Source of the DNA: Schmidtea nova
Taxonomy: Eukaryota
Length of the DNA: 54,701 nucleotides
NCBI GenBank assembly: GCA_044892505.1
Contig: JBJFYY010000101.1
Location: forward strand, 1 to 54,701
Direction of reading: 5' to 3'
Numbering within the stretch: position 1 is the stretch's first letter; each line of letters begins with the position of its first letter. Under the pieces are notes generated by a model. The model worked only from the letters and a program-made list of their open reading frames with translations. It was not told the origin of the DNA and ran no database searches. Of the stretch, positions 6,477-19,197 are shown in pieces. A program made the position numbers and the translations under genes.

Positions 6477-9247
6477 TCCCCCACTAAAACCAATATAACA
6501 CAAGTTCAAACTACCATATAATTTTCATGTGCCAGCAAAAAAAAAAAAAAATAACTACTGGAAGGCCTAACAGCCTCTCAGTAGTGAGAAAACACTTTCA
6601 AACAATTAAGGGCCTTTTTGTGAACAAGGTTATAGAGAGTTTGTAAAACCCATCAAAAACCAAATTTATGCTACACAAAATGCCTTTAAACCAATGTCAG
6701 TTTCAATCACAGGCCATTTTGTGGATAAATTTGTCACTAACTCTAAAACAAACACAATTTACAAACCATTTACCACCAAGCTATCAAAATTCAACTAATC
6801 AAAAACTATGTTATAAAATAATTGTTTAAAATCAGATTTAAAAACAAATTTAAAACACAAAAAACATTTTCAAAAAATTAATAAAAATTACCGTACTTTA
6901 GTTCACCATTTTACGGTCAAAATAGCGTTTGCAATACCACTATATTGCAAGTCATTTTTGTAGAGAAATTTGCCACTAAATTTAAGTTTTAAAAAACTAA
7001 AATAAATGACAAAATTCTCAACATAAAATAACTAACATAATAAACATAATTTTAAACTATACAATAAACATAGTTTTAAAAACAAACACACATTTAAAAA
7101 GCCATTTAGGACCCAGCTAACAAAATTCAACTAATCAAAAACTATGTTATAAAATAATTGTTTAAAATCAGATTTAAAAACAAATTTAAAACACAAAAAA
7201 CATTTTCAAAAAATTAATAAAAATTACCGTACTTTAGTTCACCATTTTACGGTCAAAATAGCGTTTGCAATACCACTATATTGCAAGTCATTTTTGTAGA
7301 GAAATTTGCCACTAAATTTAAGTTTTAAAAAACTAAAATAAATGACAAAATTCTCAACATAAAATAACTAACATAATAAACATAATTTTAAACTATACAA
7401 TAAACATAGTTTTAAAAACAAACACACATTTAAAAAGCCATTTAGGACCCAGCTAACAAAATTCAACTAATCAAAAACTATGTTATAAAATAATTGTTTA
7501 AAATCAGATTTAAAAACAAATTTAAAACACAAAAAACATTTTCAAAAAATTAATAAAAATTACCGTACTTTAGTTCACCATTTTACGGTCAAAATAGCGT
7601 TTGCAATACCACTATATTGCAAGTCATTTTTGTAGAGAAATTTGCCACTAAATTTAAGTTTTAAAAAACTAAAATAAATGACAAAATTCTCAACATAAAA
7701 TAACTAACATAATAAACATAATTTTAAACAAACAAAAAGACTAAAACAATTACGTTAGGGACATACTAGTCAAAAACAATTTAACTTGTAGTTAAAACTA
7801 TAGCGATACCAAAACAAAGCTACCCATAAACAGGACAAATTATAAAAGAGCAACAAGAAACAACACCATCCTTATAAAAACTAAGTAACAAAAATAAACA
7901 AAACTACATTATAAAATAATTGTGTTAAAAATATGATTTAAAAACAAATTTAAAACACAAAAAACATTTTCAAAAAATTAATAAAAATTACCGTACTTTA
8001 GTTCACCATTTTACGGTCAAAATAGCGTTTGCAATACCACTATATTGCAAGTCATTTTTGTAGAGAAATTTGCCACTAAATTTAAGTTTTAAAAAACTAA
8101 AATAAATGACAAAATTCTCAACATAAAATAACTAACATAATAAACATAATTTTAAACAAACAAAAAGACTAAAACAATTACGTTAGGGACATACTAGTCA
8201 AAAACAATTTAACTTGTAGTTAAAACTATAGCGATACCAAAACAAAGCTACCCATAAACAGGACAAATTATAAAAGAGCAACAAGAAACAACACCATCCT
8301 TATAAAAACTAAGTAACAAAAATAAACAAAACTACATTATAAAATAATTGTGTTAAAAATATGATTTAAAAACAAATTTAAAACACAAAAAACATTTTCA
8401 AAAAATTAATAAAAATTACCGTACTTTAGTTCACCATTTTACGGTCAAAATAGCGTTTGCAATACCACTATATTGCAAGTCATTTTTGTAGAGAAATTTG
8501 CCACTAAATTTAAGTTTTAAAAAACTAAAATAAATGACAAAATTCTCAACATAAAATAACTAACACACCCCCAACCCCAAACACAAGTTCAAAATACCAC
8601 ATAATTTTATGTGTGCCAGCAAAAAAAAAAAAAATAACTACTGGAAGGCCTAACAGCCTCTCAGTAGTGAGAAAACACTTTCAAACAATTAAGGGCCTTT
8701 TTATGAACAAGGTTATAGAGAGTTTGTAAAACCCATCAAAAACCAAATTTATGCTACACAAAATGCCTTTAAACCAATGTCAGTTTCAATCACAGGCCAT
8801 TTTGTGGATAAATTTGTCACTAACTCTAAAACAAACACAATTTACAAACCATTTAACACCAAGCTATCAAAATTCAACTAATCAAAAACTATGTTATAAA
8901 ATAATTGTTTAAAATCAGATTTAAAAACAAATTTAAAACACAAAAAACATTTTCAAAAAATTAATAAAAATTACCGTACTTTAGTTCACCATTTTACGGT
9001 CAAAATAGCGTTTGCAATACCACTATATTGCAAGTCATTTTTGTAGAGAAATTTGCCACTAAATTTAAGTTTTAAAAAACTAAAATAAATGACAAAATTC
9101 TCAACATAAAATAACTAACATAATAATTTTTAAACAAACAAAAAGACTAAAACAATTACGTTAGGGACATACTAGTCAAAAACAATTCAACTTGTAGTTA
9201 AAACTATAGCGATACCAAAACAAAGCTACCCATAAACAGGACAAATT
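6477..9247. repeat. Modular tandem array: ~260-bp core with alternative spacers (336-bp and 428-bp periods) plus a duplicated ~320-bp block
   Basis: AAAATTCAACTAATC at 6786/7122/7458; CAAAAAGACT at 7733/8161; block 6477-6800 recurs at ~8567-8890. Confidence 0.92.
9189..9247 (-). other. tRNA-like element X homolog (also 7783-7841 and 8211-8269)
   Basis: Aligns to 251-312; AATTTGT/ACAAGTT acceptor-like stem retained. Confidence 0.45.
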
Positions 9248-9261
9248 CGGCTAAACCTCGA

Positions 9262-9750
9262 CTAAACCTTAGTACTAAAGCGGGGACCGTTAAAGTAATT
9301 ACGTACCTTAATCAAAATATTAACTAGTCTGTTCAACTGGTGGCAAGGAATATACAAAATGTAATAAAACAAACCAAACCCAGATAAAAAAGTCAAAAAA
9401 CGAAGCTCAAGCTTCAAAATAAATATATAAATATCCAAACTAATTACTAAAAGACGACGACAACGATATTCCTCCTTTTCCATAGAGCTAACGTTAAAAA
9501 ACTTAAAGTAAATAATACCGAATCAATAGAAGTACAAACAAAAAAAACGAAAAAAAGAGTTATAATACAAAGGAGCTAAAGAATGTAAAAAGCTCAAAAA
9601 CTTACGAATTACTCAGACAAGACCACTACCAACACCTAAACCATAATAAAAAATACCAGAATGCTTATAATAAACTCAAACAAAAATATAAAGTATAACA
9701 AAAACCAGGAGCAAAGTACTATACGAAAACAAATTTGATGTATGAACCAT
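9262..9750 (-). CDS. 162-aa ORF starting MVHTSNLFSY; putative extended ATP synthase subunit 8-like protein
   Basis: ATG 2 nt after the nad2 stop, open under code 9 to TAG; N-terminal hydrophobic helix; same T/G-rich composition as the genes. The atp8 identity is inferred from position and topology only. Confidence 0.7.
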
Positions 9751-9752
9751 TT

Positions 9753-10700
9753 CTAGGTTATAATGTAGTAAATATAGTACAAACTAAATAGAGAAGAAAG
9801 GATTAAAGAAGAAAAACTAAACAAATAACTATAATTAGAATGAAAAAACAAATCAGATAAAACTAAGACCATTATATACATGGATAAAACTATGATACTA
9901 ACCAACAACAATAAAACAAAAGAACTATTTATAGTCAAGGGTGTTGCCAACAAAAACAACACAAACTTACAAGCAAACAGAATAAAAGGAGGGAAACCTG
10001 TTAAAGTAACATATAAAACTAATACTAAGTAAACAGACATATTTTTTAACTGGCTAAAATCATATAATGTCTGAACGTTATTATTGTAAATCAAATAAAC
10101 AAATAATCTAAAAATCAATACTAAATAAACCAACCAATACTTCAAAGCACAATCAGAAGAAATTGTACAAATAAAAACAAACCAACTCGTGTGGAAAGTG
10201 GAAGATCAAAACAAATAGTATGCTAAATCTCGATAAACTGATAACATGTAAAACAAAGAAATCAAGGAAACCACAAGACAACAAAAACCAAACTCAGAGT
10301 AAGGTAGCTTTGCTAAACCTATGTAAACAAAACAATAAACAGACTTATGTATAACCAACATAAAAAACAAAACTAAATAGTTAAAATAAGAAACAACTGG
10401 AAAAAACCACCAAAACAAAGGAAAAAAAGACAACTTAAACAAAACTGCTAAAGACAAAAAAAAAGTCTCCCTATAAATAGAAGACCATATAATAAAGATA
10501 TCGCTAATTAAGGTAAACAAGAAATAAACAAAAACACCCAAATTTATGCTATAGTTATTAAAATAATTTAAAAGCATCATTGCTCTTAAAGATTTTAAAA
10601 GAACATAAAAATAGAATTTAGCATAACTTAACCTAAAAATCAGCATAAAAGAAGAGTAAAAATATATTCCTCAATAACTAAAAAGCAATACGTGTAGCAA
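9753..10700 (-). CDS. nad2: NADH dehydrogenase subunit 2 (TTG start)
   Basis: Single frame under code 9; LFKLSFFPLFWW and LTGFPPFILF motifs. Confidence 0.9.
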
Positions 10701-10701
10701 T

Positions 10702-10764
10702 AACCTAGGTGCATTAAAACACAATGCAAAGCTGCAAACTTTGTATAAATAATTAATTCTAAGT
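10702..10764 (-). tRNA. trnA: tRNA-Ala(UGC)
   Basis: AAAG-TT-TGC-AG-CTTT; ACTTAGA/CCTAGGT acceptor. Confidence 0.85.
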
Positions 10765-11121
10765 TTAAAACTTCCAAACTAGCAAGCCGTTGAAATACTC
10801 CAACCAAACTCCTAATATTAACACAAATAAAAAATAAAAATAATATAAACGATTACCATACAAGTTGTTGAACACCTCATAAGGTAGCTGGAAGATAAAA
10901 CACAACTCTATATCTAAAACAATAAACAAAATAACAACTAAAAAAAAACGAAAAGAGAAAGGAAAACGAGAAACATCCTTAGAATCAAATCCACACTCAT
11001 AAGTAGTTTGTGACTCACGAAAGTAATTATACCCCAATAAATCTAATCAAATTAATCAAAAACATAATAAAACAATTAAAAAAAGAGTAAAAAGGCAGAC
11101 TCCAGTTAAGACACTGTACAC
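10765..11121 (-). CDS. nad3: NADH dehydrogenase subunit 3 (GTG start)
   Basis: YECGF...PFSFRFFLVVILFIVLDIE motif; TAA stop. Confidence 0.95.
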
Positions 11122-11185
11122 CAAAGAATCCTAACAGAAATCTTAAACCTCCAAAGTTCATATTTTAATCTTAAACTATTCTAAG
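11121..11185 (-). tRNA. trnP: tRNA-Pro(UGG)
   Basis: TGAAC-TT-TGG-AG-GTTTA. Confidence 0.8.
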
Positions 11186-11222
11186 AACTAAATAGAATAC
11201 AAAAAAACAACATATAAATAAC

Positions 11223-12098
11223 TTAATTATTCAAATACTCATAAGTAGTAGAATACGTGTGTAGCACAGCTGGATGCTTAACAAAATGCAGATTGCAAGG
11301 AGAATCCAAAGTCACATCAAAATGCTTCTTACCAACTAAACCACGAAACCCCTGAGCATCAACACATTCTATAACAATAGGCATGTAAGTGTGATTAGCA
11401 CCACAAACTTCTGAACATTGGCCTACAAACTTACCAACACGAGTAGAATAAAAAAACCCTTGATTAAGGCGACCTGGAATAGCATCAACCTTCAAGCCTG
11501 TTTGTGGTATTGAAAAACTGTGTGCAACATCTCTAGCAGTGACTAGAAAACGAGTATAGACTCGAAGAAACAAAATTAAAGGCTTATCTACTTTAGATTT
11601 ACGACCAGTAGCATCAGGAACCCAATGAGAATTAAAATCATAAGTCTTATAAAAACAAGAAGTATGCTCAGTAACAGTATCACGACGCTTACGAAGCAAC
11701 ACCAAATCCTTAAAACTACAAACGATACCACGACAACGACGAACCACGTGATTGCTGTAAGTATACAAATAAAAAGACTCTACATATTTCCAATACCATT
11801 GGTGTCCTGTGACCTTAACTGTTTGCTTTGGAAGAGGTGCTATAGTAGTGCCTTGATACAAACCATAAAAACTAGGCATACAAATCAAACTAATAGCAAT
11901 ACCAGGAATATAAGTCCACCAAGATTCTATCTTATCTTTTTCCAACAAATCACGATAAGTTCAACCAATCAGACGAAGAAATATAATAACTAAACTAACG
12001 AATAATGCAATTGACCCTAAAACCGATAAAACAAAACAAAAGAAGAACTCAGAAATTTGATACAAAGGAGAAAAACCTTTCAATAAATTAGTACCCAT
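11223..12098 (-). CDS. cox2: Cytochrome c oxidase subunit 2, 291 aa, with internal insertion and C-terminal tail
   Basis: GHQWYW, DVAHSF and GQCSEVCGANHTYMP CuA motifs; ATG start. Confidence 0.97.
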
Positions 12099-12163
12099 CA
12101 AAACCAAAGAAAACCTTATTATTAATTTTGAAAATTAAAAGTTTAAACTTAACCTATGGCTTT
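12099..12163 (-). tRNA. trnW: tRNA-Trp(UCA)
   Basis: AAAGCCA/TGGTTTT acceptor; TTAAT-TT-TCA-AA-ATTAA. Confidence 0.9.
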
Positions 12164-13049
12164 AATAAACAAGCAAAAAGATAAAATATATAATTACAAA
12201 CAACAAACCTATTCTCCAAGACAAGTTCATTAACAAGTCATAACGAAATCGTGGAAAAGTGGAACGGAATCAAATAAACCAAAAAGAAACAACTACACCT
12301 AAAAACATGTTTAAGAAGCTAATAGACATTGAAACATACAACAACAACCACAATATAGAAATAAACACTATCTGCCCATACTCTCCCAAGAACAAACAAG
12401 CAAACTCCATAGAACCGTATTCAGTATTAAAACCAGAAACCAATTCACTCTCACCCTCAGAAAAATCAAAAGGAGAGCGGTTAGTCTCAGCCAATCTGCT
12501 AATTATAAACAACCCAGATAAGGGAGTCAATAAAAACAAGTATCAAAAACCCATTATTTTAAAGCTGATCACTGATAAAGTGAAATTCAACACTAATGGG
12601 AACAATAAAACAAAAACAAATAATGCCTCGTAAGATATTACTTGAGAAGCACCACGAACAGAGCCCAACAACGTATACTTAGAGTTACAAGATCAACCAG
12701 AACCCAGTATGCAATATACATTTAATCTATTCAAACAAAAATAAATTAGGAAACTGAAAACAAAACAAAAAGCGGAAGTAACAAGAGGCAACAAACATCA
12801 AACCAAAAATAAGATAAAAACTGCTAACAAAGGTCTAAAACTAAAAAGGAGTTTGCTGGATAAAGAAAGCTTACCAAAACCCTTAAACAAAAGCTTTAGT
12901 GTATCTGCTAAAGGAGTTATCAACCCAACATAACCTACCTTATTTGGTCCCTTACGAAGCTGAATGTACCTCATAATCTTACGTTCCAACATAGTTATAA
13001 AAACAACACTAATAACCAAACATAATCAAATAGCAAGAATACCTAACAA
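12162..13049 (-). CDS. nad1: NADH dehydrogenase subunit 1 (TTG start)
   Basis: [42 protein letters not shown] and PRFRYD motifs. Confidence 0.97.
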
Positions 13050-13109
13050 TACACAAAACTAGGTTACCTGCTAGGTGTAAACTAGACATACTTATTATAC
13101 TATTGTGTA
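13049..13109 (-). tRNA. trnV: tRNA-Val(UAC)
   Basis: TACACAA/TTGTGTA acceptor; CTAG-TT-TAC-AC-CTAG. Confidence 0.92.
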
Positions 13110-13110
13110 A

Positions 13111-13749
13111 CTAATCAGACATATACCTTTTCAACAACAAACTGTAAACACTAGCCTGTATGACACTTACAAAAACCTCAAAAAACAAATAGAACATTAC
13201 AAAAAACAAAACAAACAAACTCATTCTAAAAGAGAACGAAGAACCAAATAAATGTAAAAAAATATGCCCAGCTGTCATATTAACAGTTAAACGTAAAGCT
13301 AATGTAAAAATACGAACTCAATAACTAATAAACTCTACAAAAAACAAGAAACCAGACAACACACCAGAACTAAAAGGAACAAAATGAGCAAACAAACCAA
13401 CAAAACTGTTGACCAACCTGTAGACATAGATGCTAATGCACACAAACAAACTAAAAACAAAATTAACATAAACATGTGAAGTAACTCCAAAAAAATAAGG
13501 AAATAACCCTGAGATTTTAAAAAACAACACAAAGTAAAAAAGCAAGTAATTGAAAGATTGAAATGACTGATAAACCCATAAACGCGAGCCTTGGAACATA
13601 TAGTTGAATAAACTAAACAAGGAGTACGGGTTAAATGTATAAAAATGTCAAGCAACAAACAACACTAAAAACAAAGATACAGCTCAAGGATCAAATATTA
13701 GAGAATTAAAAAACTTAACATCTAAAGCTGAAAACACATTGTTCATCAT
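13111..13749 (-). CDS. atp6: ATP synthase F0 subunit 6
   Basis: VEFISYWVRIFTLALRLTVNMTAGH and FEVFVSVIQA motifs; ATG to TAG. Confidence 0.95.
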
Positions 13750-13813
13750 CAAATTGGGAGAAAAACTCTAAAACAGATTAAGAGTCTGCCACTTAAACAA
13801 AAGATTCCAATTA
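13750..13813 (-). tRNA. trnK: tRNA-Lys(CUU)
   Basis: GCAGA-CT-CTT-AA-TCTGT; a CUU anticodon is expected when AAA=Asn. Confidence 0.9.
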
Positions 13814-13869
13814 TAGGGCTAGTCCTTCCTTGTAAACCAAAATAACAAATGCATAAACACTCAAAAAAA
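13807..13869 (-). tRNA. trnQ: tRNA-Gln(UUG)
   Basis: TGTTA-TT-TTG-GT-TTACA; acceptor stem poorly paired. Confidence 0.6.
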
Positions 13870-13932
13870 TAGCAATGAGAATTACCTACAATTTACTATA
13901 TCAGAGTAACCTACTTATGCAGTCCTATTGCT
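13870..13932 (-). tRNA. trnI: tRNA-Ile(GAU)
   Basis: TTACT-CT-GAT-AT-AGTAA; AGCAAT/ATTGCT acceptor. Confidence 0.9.
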
Positions 13933-14742
13933 TTACTGTATGTAGTAACCAAACCAATATACAAAAAAATAAAGAAACAGCCAAACCACATCAACAAAAT
14001 GCCAATATCAAATAGAACACTCTAAACCAATATGCTGCTTATTAGAAAACAAGCTAAAACGAACACGATACAACCTAACTGATATGAAGACTAAGCCCAA
14101 AATAACGTGGAAACCATGAAAACCAGTCAACATAAAAAACACACTACCATAGACAGTACTTTTTATACTAATGTAACTCATAATATATTCCCTCACCTGG
14201 AAAAACAAAAAAAACACACCATAAAACAACGTAATAAAATAACTTCAGTCTAAAGGAGTGTTAGAAGGAACTCTCACATAAACCAAACCACTAGAAATAA
14301 CACAGTAATGACAAAAAGTAATGCTAACACCAGAAGACAACAACAAAACCGTATTCAACAAAGGAAGACCAAATGGGTCTATAACTAATCTGTTAAACAT
14401 GAAGGGGGGCCAAGTATCAATGCTAACTCCTGGATTTAAGCAGTTATGGAAATAACTTCAAAAAAAACCAAAGAAAAACATAACCTCAGAGCAAACAAAC
14501 AACAGAAAGCCAACTCGCAACCCTAAAGAAACTAAATTAGTAGTATTACCTGTCGAGGATTCTAAAGTAATGTCACAAAACCAACAATAAACACAAAAAA
14601 GCAAGTAAACAATAGAAATAACAAACACATACTTAAAACCAAAGTTCAAGTAGTAAAGAAAAGATACTACCAAAAAAAACAAAGAATAAGAAGTAACACC
14701 AGGCCACGGGCTAATGCGAACCATGTGACAGCTAAAAAACAA
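13933..14742 (-). CDS. cox3: Cytochrome c oxidase subunit 3 (TTG start)
   Basis: SPWP, SEVMFFFGFF, TGFHGFHV and WYWHFVDVVW motifs. Confidence 0.97.
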
Positions 14743-14743
14743 A

Positions 14744-14803
14744 CATCAGAAAGATATAAAACTTTAGTTTTGGGTCGTAACCAAACCCTTTCAGGTCTCT
14801 GAT
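14744..14803 (-). tRNA. trnR: tRNA-Arg(ACG)
   Basis: ATCAGA/TCTGAT acceptor; TTTGG-TT-ACG-AC-CCAAA. Confidence 0.9.
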
Positions 14804-14865
14804 ATAGGAATGAATCCCTTCACCTAATAACCGACAATTATTTATTCTAAATAAACTAATTCCTA
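14804..14865 (-). tRNA. trnD: tRNA-Asp(GUC)
   Basis: TAGGAAT/ATTCCTA acceptor; AATAA-TT-GTC-GG-TTATT. Confidence 0.92.
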
Positions 14866-14921
14866 AAAACAGGGAATAAAAGTAATCCTTCATCTACTTT
14901 CAAAGTAAACATAAACTGTCT
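14866..14921 (-). tRNA. trnS2: tRNA-Ser(UGA), D-armless
   Basis: TTTAC-TT-TGA-AA-GTAGA; AGACAG/CTGTTT acceptor. Confidence 0.85.
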
Positions 14922-16517
14922 CTATAATAAACAAATAAAAAGCAAGATAACAAAAGAAATAAAAGAATATAAACCCATGTTCAACAAAACTCTGCTATAA
15001 AAAAATTTCAAATAACGAATATAGCATAAATTACCTAAACTCACAATAAAACTAAGAAAAAATATACCCAAATCCAAAAGATAGTAAAAAGAACCAACCT
15101 TCAAACTAAAATAAGAAAAAAGCAAATAAAATATTTTCAAATAATTATAAGAATAAGCCTTACTAGCCCCAGTGTGCTGCAAAAAAAAAAAAAAAAAAAT
15201 ATACATGGCTAAAAGCCATGCAGAACTTACACCGATTAAATCCCTGGTATCCAAGCTAAACAAATAAGTACCTAAGACCATGACTAACGCGTATAAAATA
15301 TAAAAAGGAAGATAAGACCATCTAGATTTTCTAGAAGTAACTAAATACTTATTCAAATCCCCTAACAAAATTCTAATAAAACGATAAGAATAAATAAAAG
15401 TTAATAACAAAGAAAAAGAAAACAGAACCCTATATACTAAGCTATATCTACAAGTAAACACCCTAGACAACACCAACTCCTTTGTATAAAACGAAGACAT
15501 AAAAGGAACACCAAACAAAGAAAATGCATCAACCATCATAAAAAATGAAACCAATGGGATAGAGTAACCCAAAGAATTCAATAAACGAAAGTCTTGATTG
15601 TGTCTGCCAGAAACACTTACAGTACCAAGCACAACAAACATAGAAGCCTTGAAAAGAGCATGAACAAGCATGTAAAAAAAAAACAACTTTATAAAGCCAT
15701 ATCTCAACAAACAACCCATAAACCCCAATTGACTAAGAGTAGAGTAAGCAACTAACTTCTTTGAGTCAAAAGTCAACAATGCACTACAACTGCCTAGAAA
15801 CAAAGTAACTAAACTTAAAAATCTAAACATAAAGATGAAATCTAAAGAAAGGCTGTCAAATAAACGAAAAAGCATATATAAACCAGCAACAACTAAAGTA
15901 GAAGAGTGTACTAAAGCTGAAACAGGGGTAGGGGCAGACATAGCCTCTGGTAACCAATAGCTAAAAGGATATACGGCACTCTTAGTAAAAAAAGCGATAA
16001 CTAAGAAAACAATAACCAAACAATCCAAAGACAATGCGGAAAAAGAAAACCTAAAAAAGTATCACACCAAACTAACTAAATAAAGAGAATCACCCAAACG
16101 TTTAACTAAAAAAGTCTTAAGGCTAGCTGAAAAACTAGAACCACAACCATATCAACTTACTAAGAAAAAGCTAACAAACCCTAAACCATCCCAACCAACA
16201 AGAAAAGAAACAAACCTAGGTGAAATAATTAGTAAGACCATGGAAAACACAAAAAGATTGAAAACAAAAACAAAACGATACAAATTGACTTCATCAACAA
16301 AATAATAAACCATAAAAGAGTTAACACTTCTCACTATTAGTAGTAAGACTGCAATAAACATAAAACTATACCAATCAAAAAACATAAAAAAAGAAAAATA
16401 ATCAAAAGAATTAATCAAATAAAGATCATAAACTAAAACTGTAGAACCACCCTCAAGAGAAAGTATTAAAAAAACAATAAACAAGAACATAAAAAAGCGA
16501 GTGTAAAAAAACAACAT
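14922..16517 (-). CDS. nad5: NADH dehydrogenase subunit 5
   Basis: GWDGLG, KSAVYPFSYWLPEAMSAPTPVSALVHSSTLV and KKLVAYSTLSQLG motifs. Confidence 0.97.
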
Positions 16518-16967
16518 TTAAATAACAAAAGGACGTAATGAACCAAATCTACCTGCAATCACATTAACAACGTACAAAATGTACACCAAAAAGACAACTA
16601 AAACAAAAACAAAATAAATCTCATAACGAGTAAACAACAAATAATTAAAGCTGTCACTACAAGAAAACAACAGATCAAGATCCTCAAAAACCAAACAAAA
16701 CAATACAACCAACAAAAAGAAAAATACTATCAACCTATATAAATAAGAATAAGTAAACCCTACGATAGATTTGGAGTTAACAGACAGCACATATATAAAA
16801 AGAACTAACAACCCACCAACATAAACCAAAAAAAACAACAAACCATACCAAAATAAATCGTATAAGCTGAATAAATAGAGTGTGCAAAAAACAAAAAAGA
16901 TTAAAACAAGAAACAAGTAGTAAACCCTAAAAGAACAAAAAACAAACAACAATAAAAAACCAGTCAT
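16518..16967 (-). CDS. nad6: NADH dehydrogenase subunit 6
   Basis: LVYVGGLLVLFIYV motif; ATG to TAA, abutting nad5. Confidence 0.92.
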   Translation of the reverse strand: MTGFLLLFVFCSFRVYYLFLVLIFFVFCTLYLFSLYDLFWYGLLFFLVYVGGLLVLFIYVLSVNSKSIVGFTYSYLYRLIVFFFLLVVLFCLVFEDLDLLFSCSDSFNYLLFTRYEIYFVFVLVVFLVYILYVVNVIAGRFGSLRPFVI

Positions 16968-16973
16968 TACAAC

Positions 16974-17042
16974 CAGCAGGTTAATACAAACTTACCTAGA
17001 AATAGAAAATTTCTTGTTCTAACAACTTAAACTAAACCTACC
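16974..17042 (-). tRNA. trnE: tRNA-Glu(UUC)
   Basis: GGTAGGT/ACCTGCT acceptor; TTC in a slightly irregular anticodon loop. Confidence 0.75.
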
Positions 17043-17051
17043 AACTAAAAC

Positions 17052-18867
<1,816 letters not shown>

Positions 18868-18875
<8 letters not shown>

Positions 18876-19140
18876 GCTTAGGTGGGATATGTTCAACAGG
18901 AATGCCTGGTGCAGTATAAGAAGGCCAAGCTATGCACCAATACATAAGACATATCCAAGCATACATAAACAAAGCAAACATAACTAAAGCACCAAAACTA
19001 CCAAATAACCTTGAAAAAAAACGCTTCTTATAATAATCAGAATTACCAGGATTCACAACCTTGGCAGAACTACTGCTAGTAACAGAGAGTTTTAAAACAA
19101 CAGACTTAGAAACTAATAAACCATTGCTAACAACATTCAT
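18868..19140 (-). CDS. Orphan 90-aa ORF with one predicted transmembrane helix
   Basis: ATG to TAA on the coding strand, filling the nad4-cox1 gap; identical in copy 2; no recognisable homology. Confidence 0.55.
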
Positions 19141-19197
19141 ATGTTACAAGACATGTAAATCAAAGATAAAACAAAAATTTACCTTCCATTTGCAACT

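Larger units (their letters stand above)
1505..9261. promoter_or_regulatory. Long non-coding (control) region, ~7.7 kb including two N runs
   Basis: No standard mitochondrial gene; dense direct and inverted repeats, poly-T, G-tract. Confidence 0.85.

Noticed and set aside
6786-9247. Repeat/spacer pattern resembling a CRISPR array
   Set aside because: Units are hundreds of bp, spacers are themselves repeated, there are no cas genes, and the context is animal mitochondrial
11625-12633. Plus-strand ORFs of 122 aa and 124 aa
   Set aside because: Antisense shadows of cox2 and nad1; K/N/T-rich composition is what the T-rich opposite strand produces
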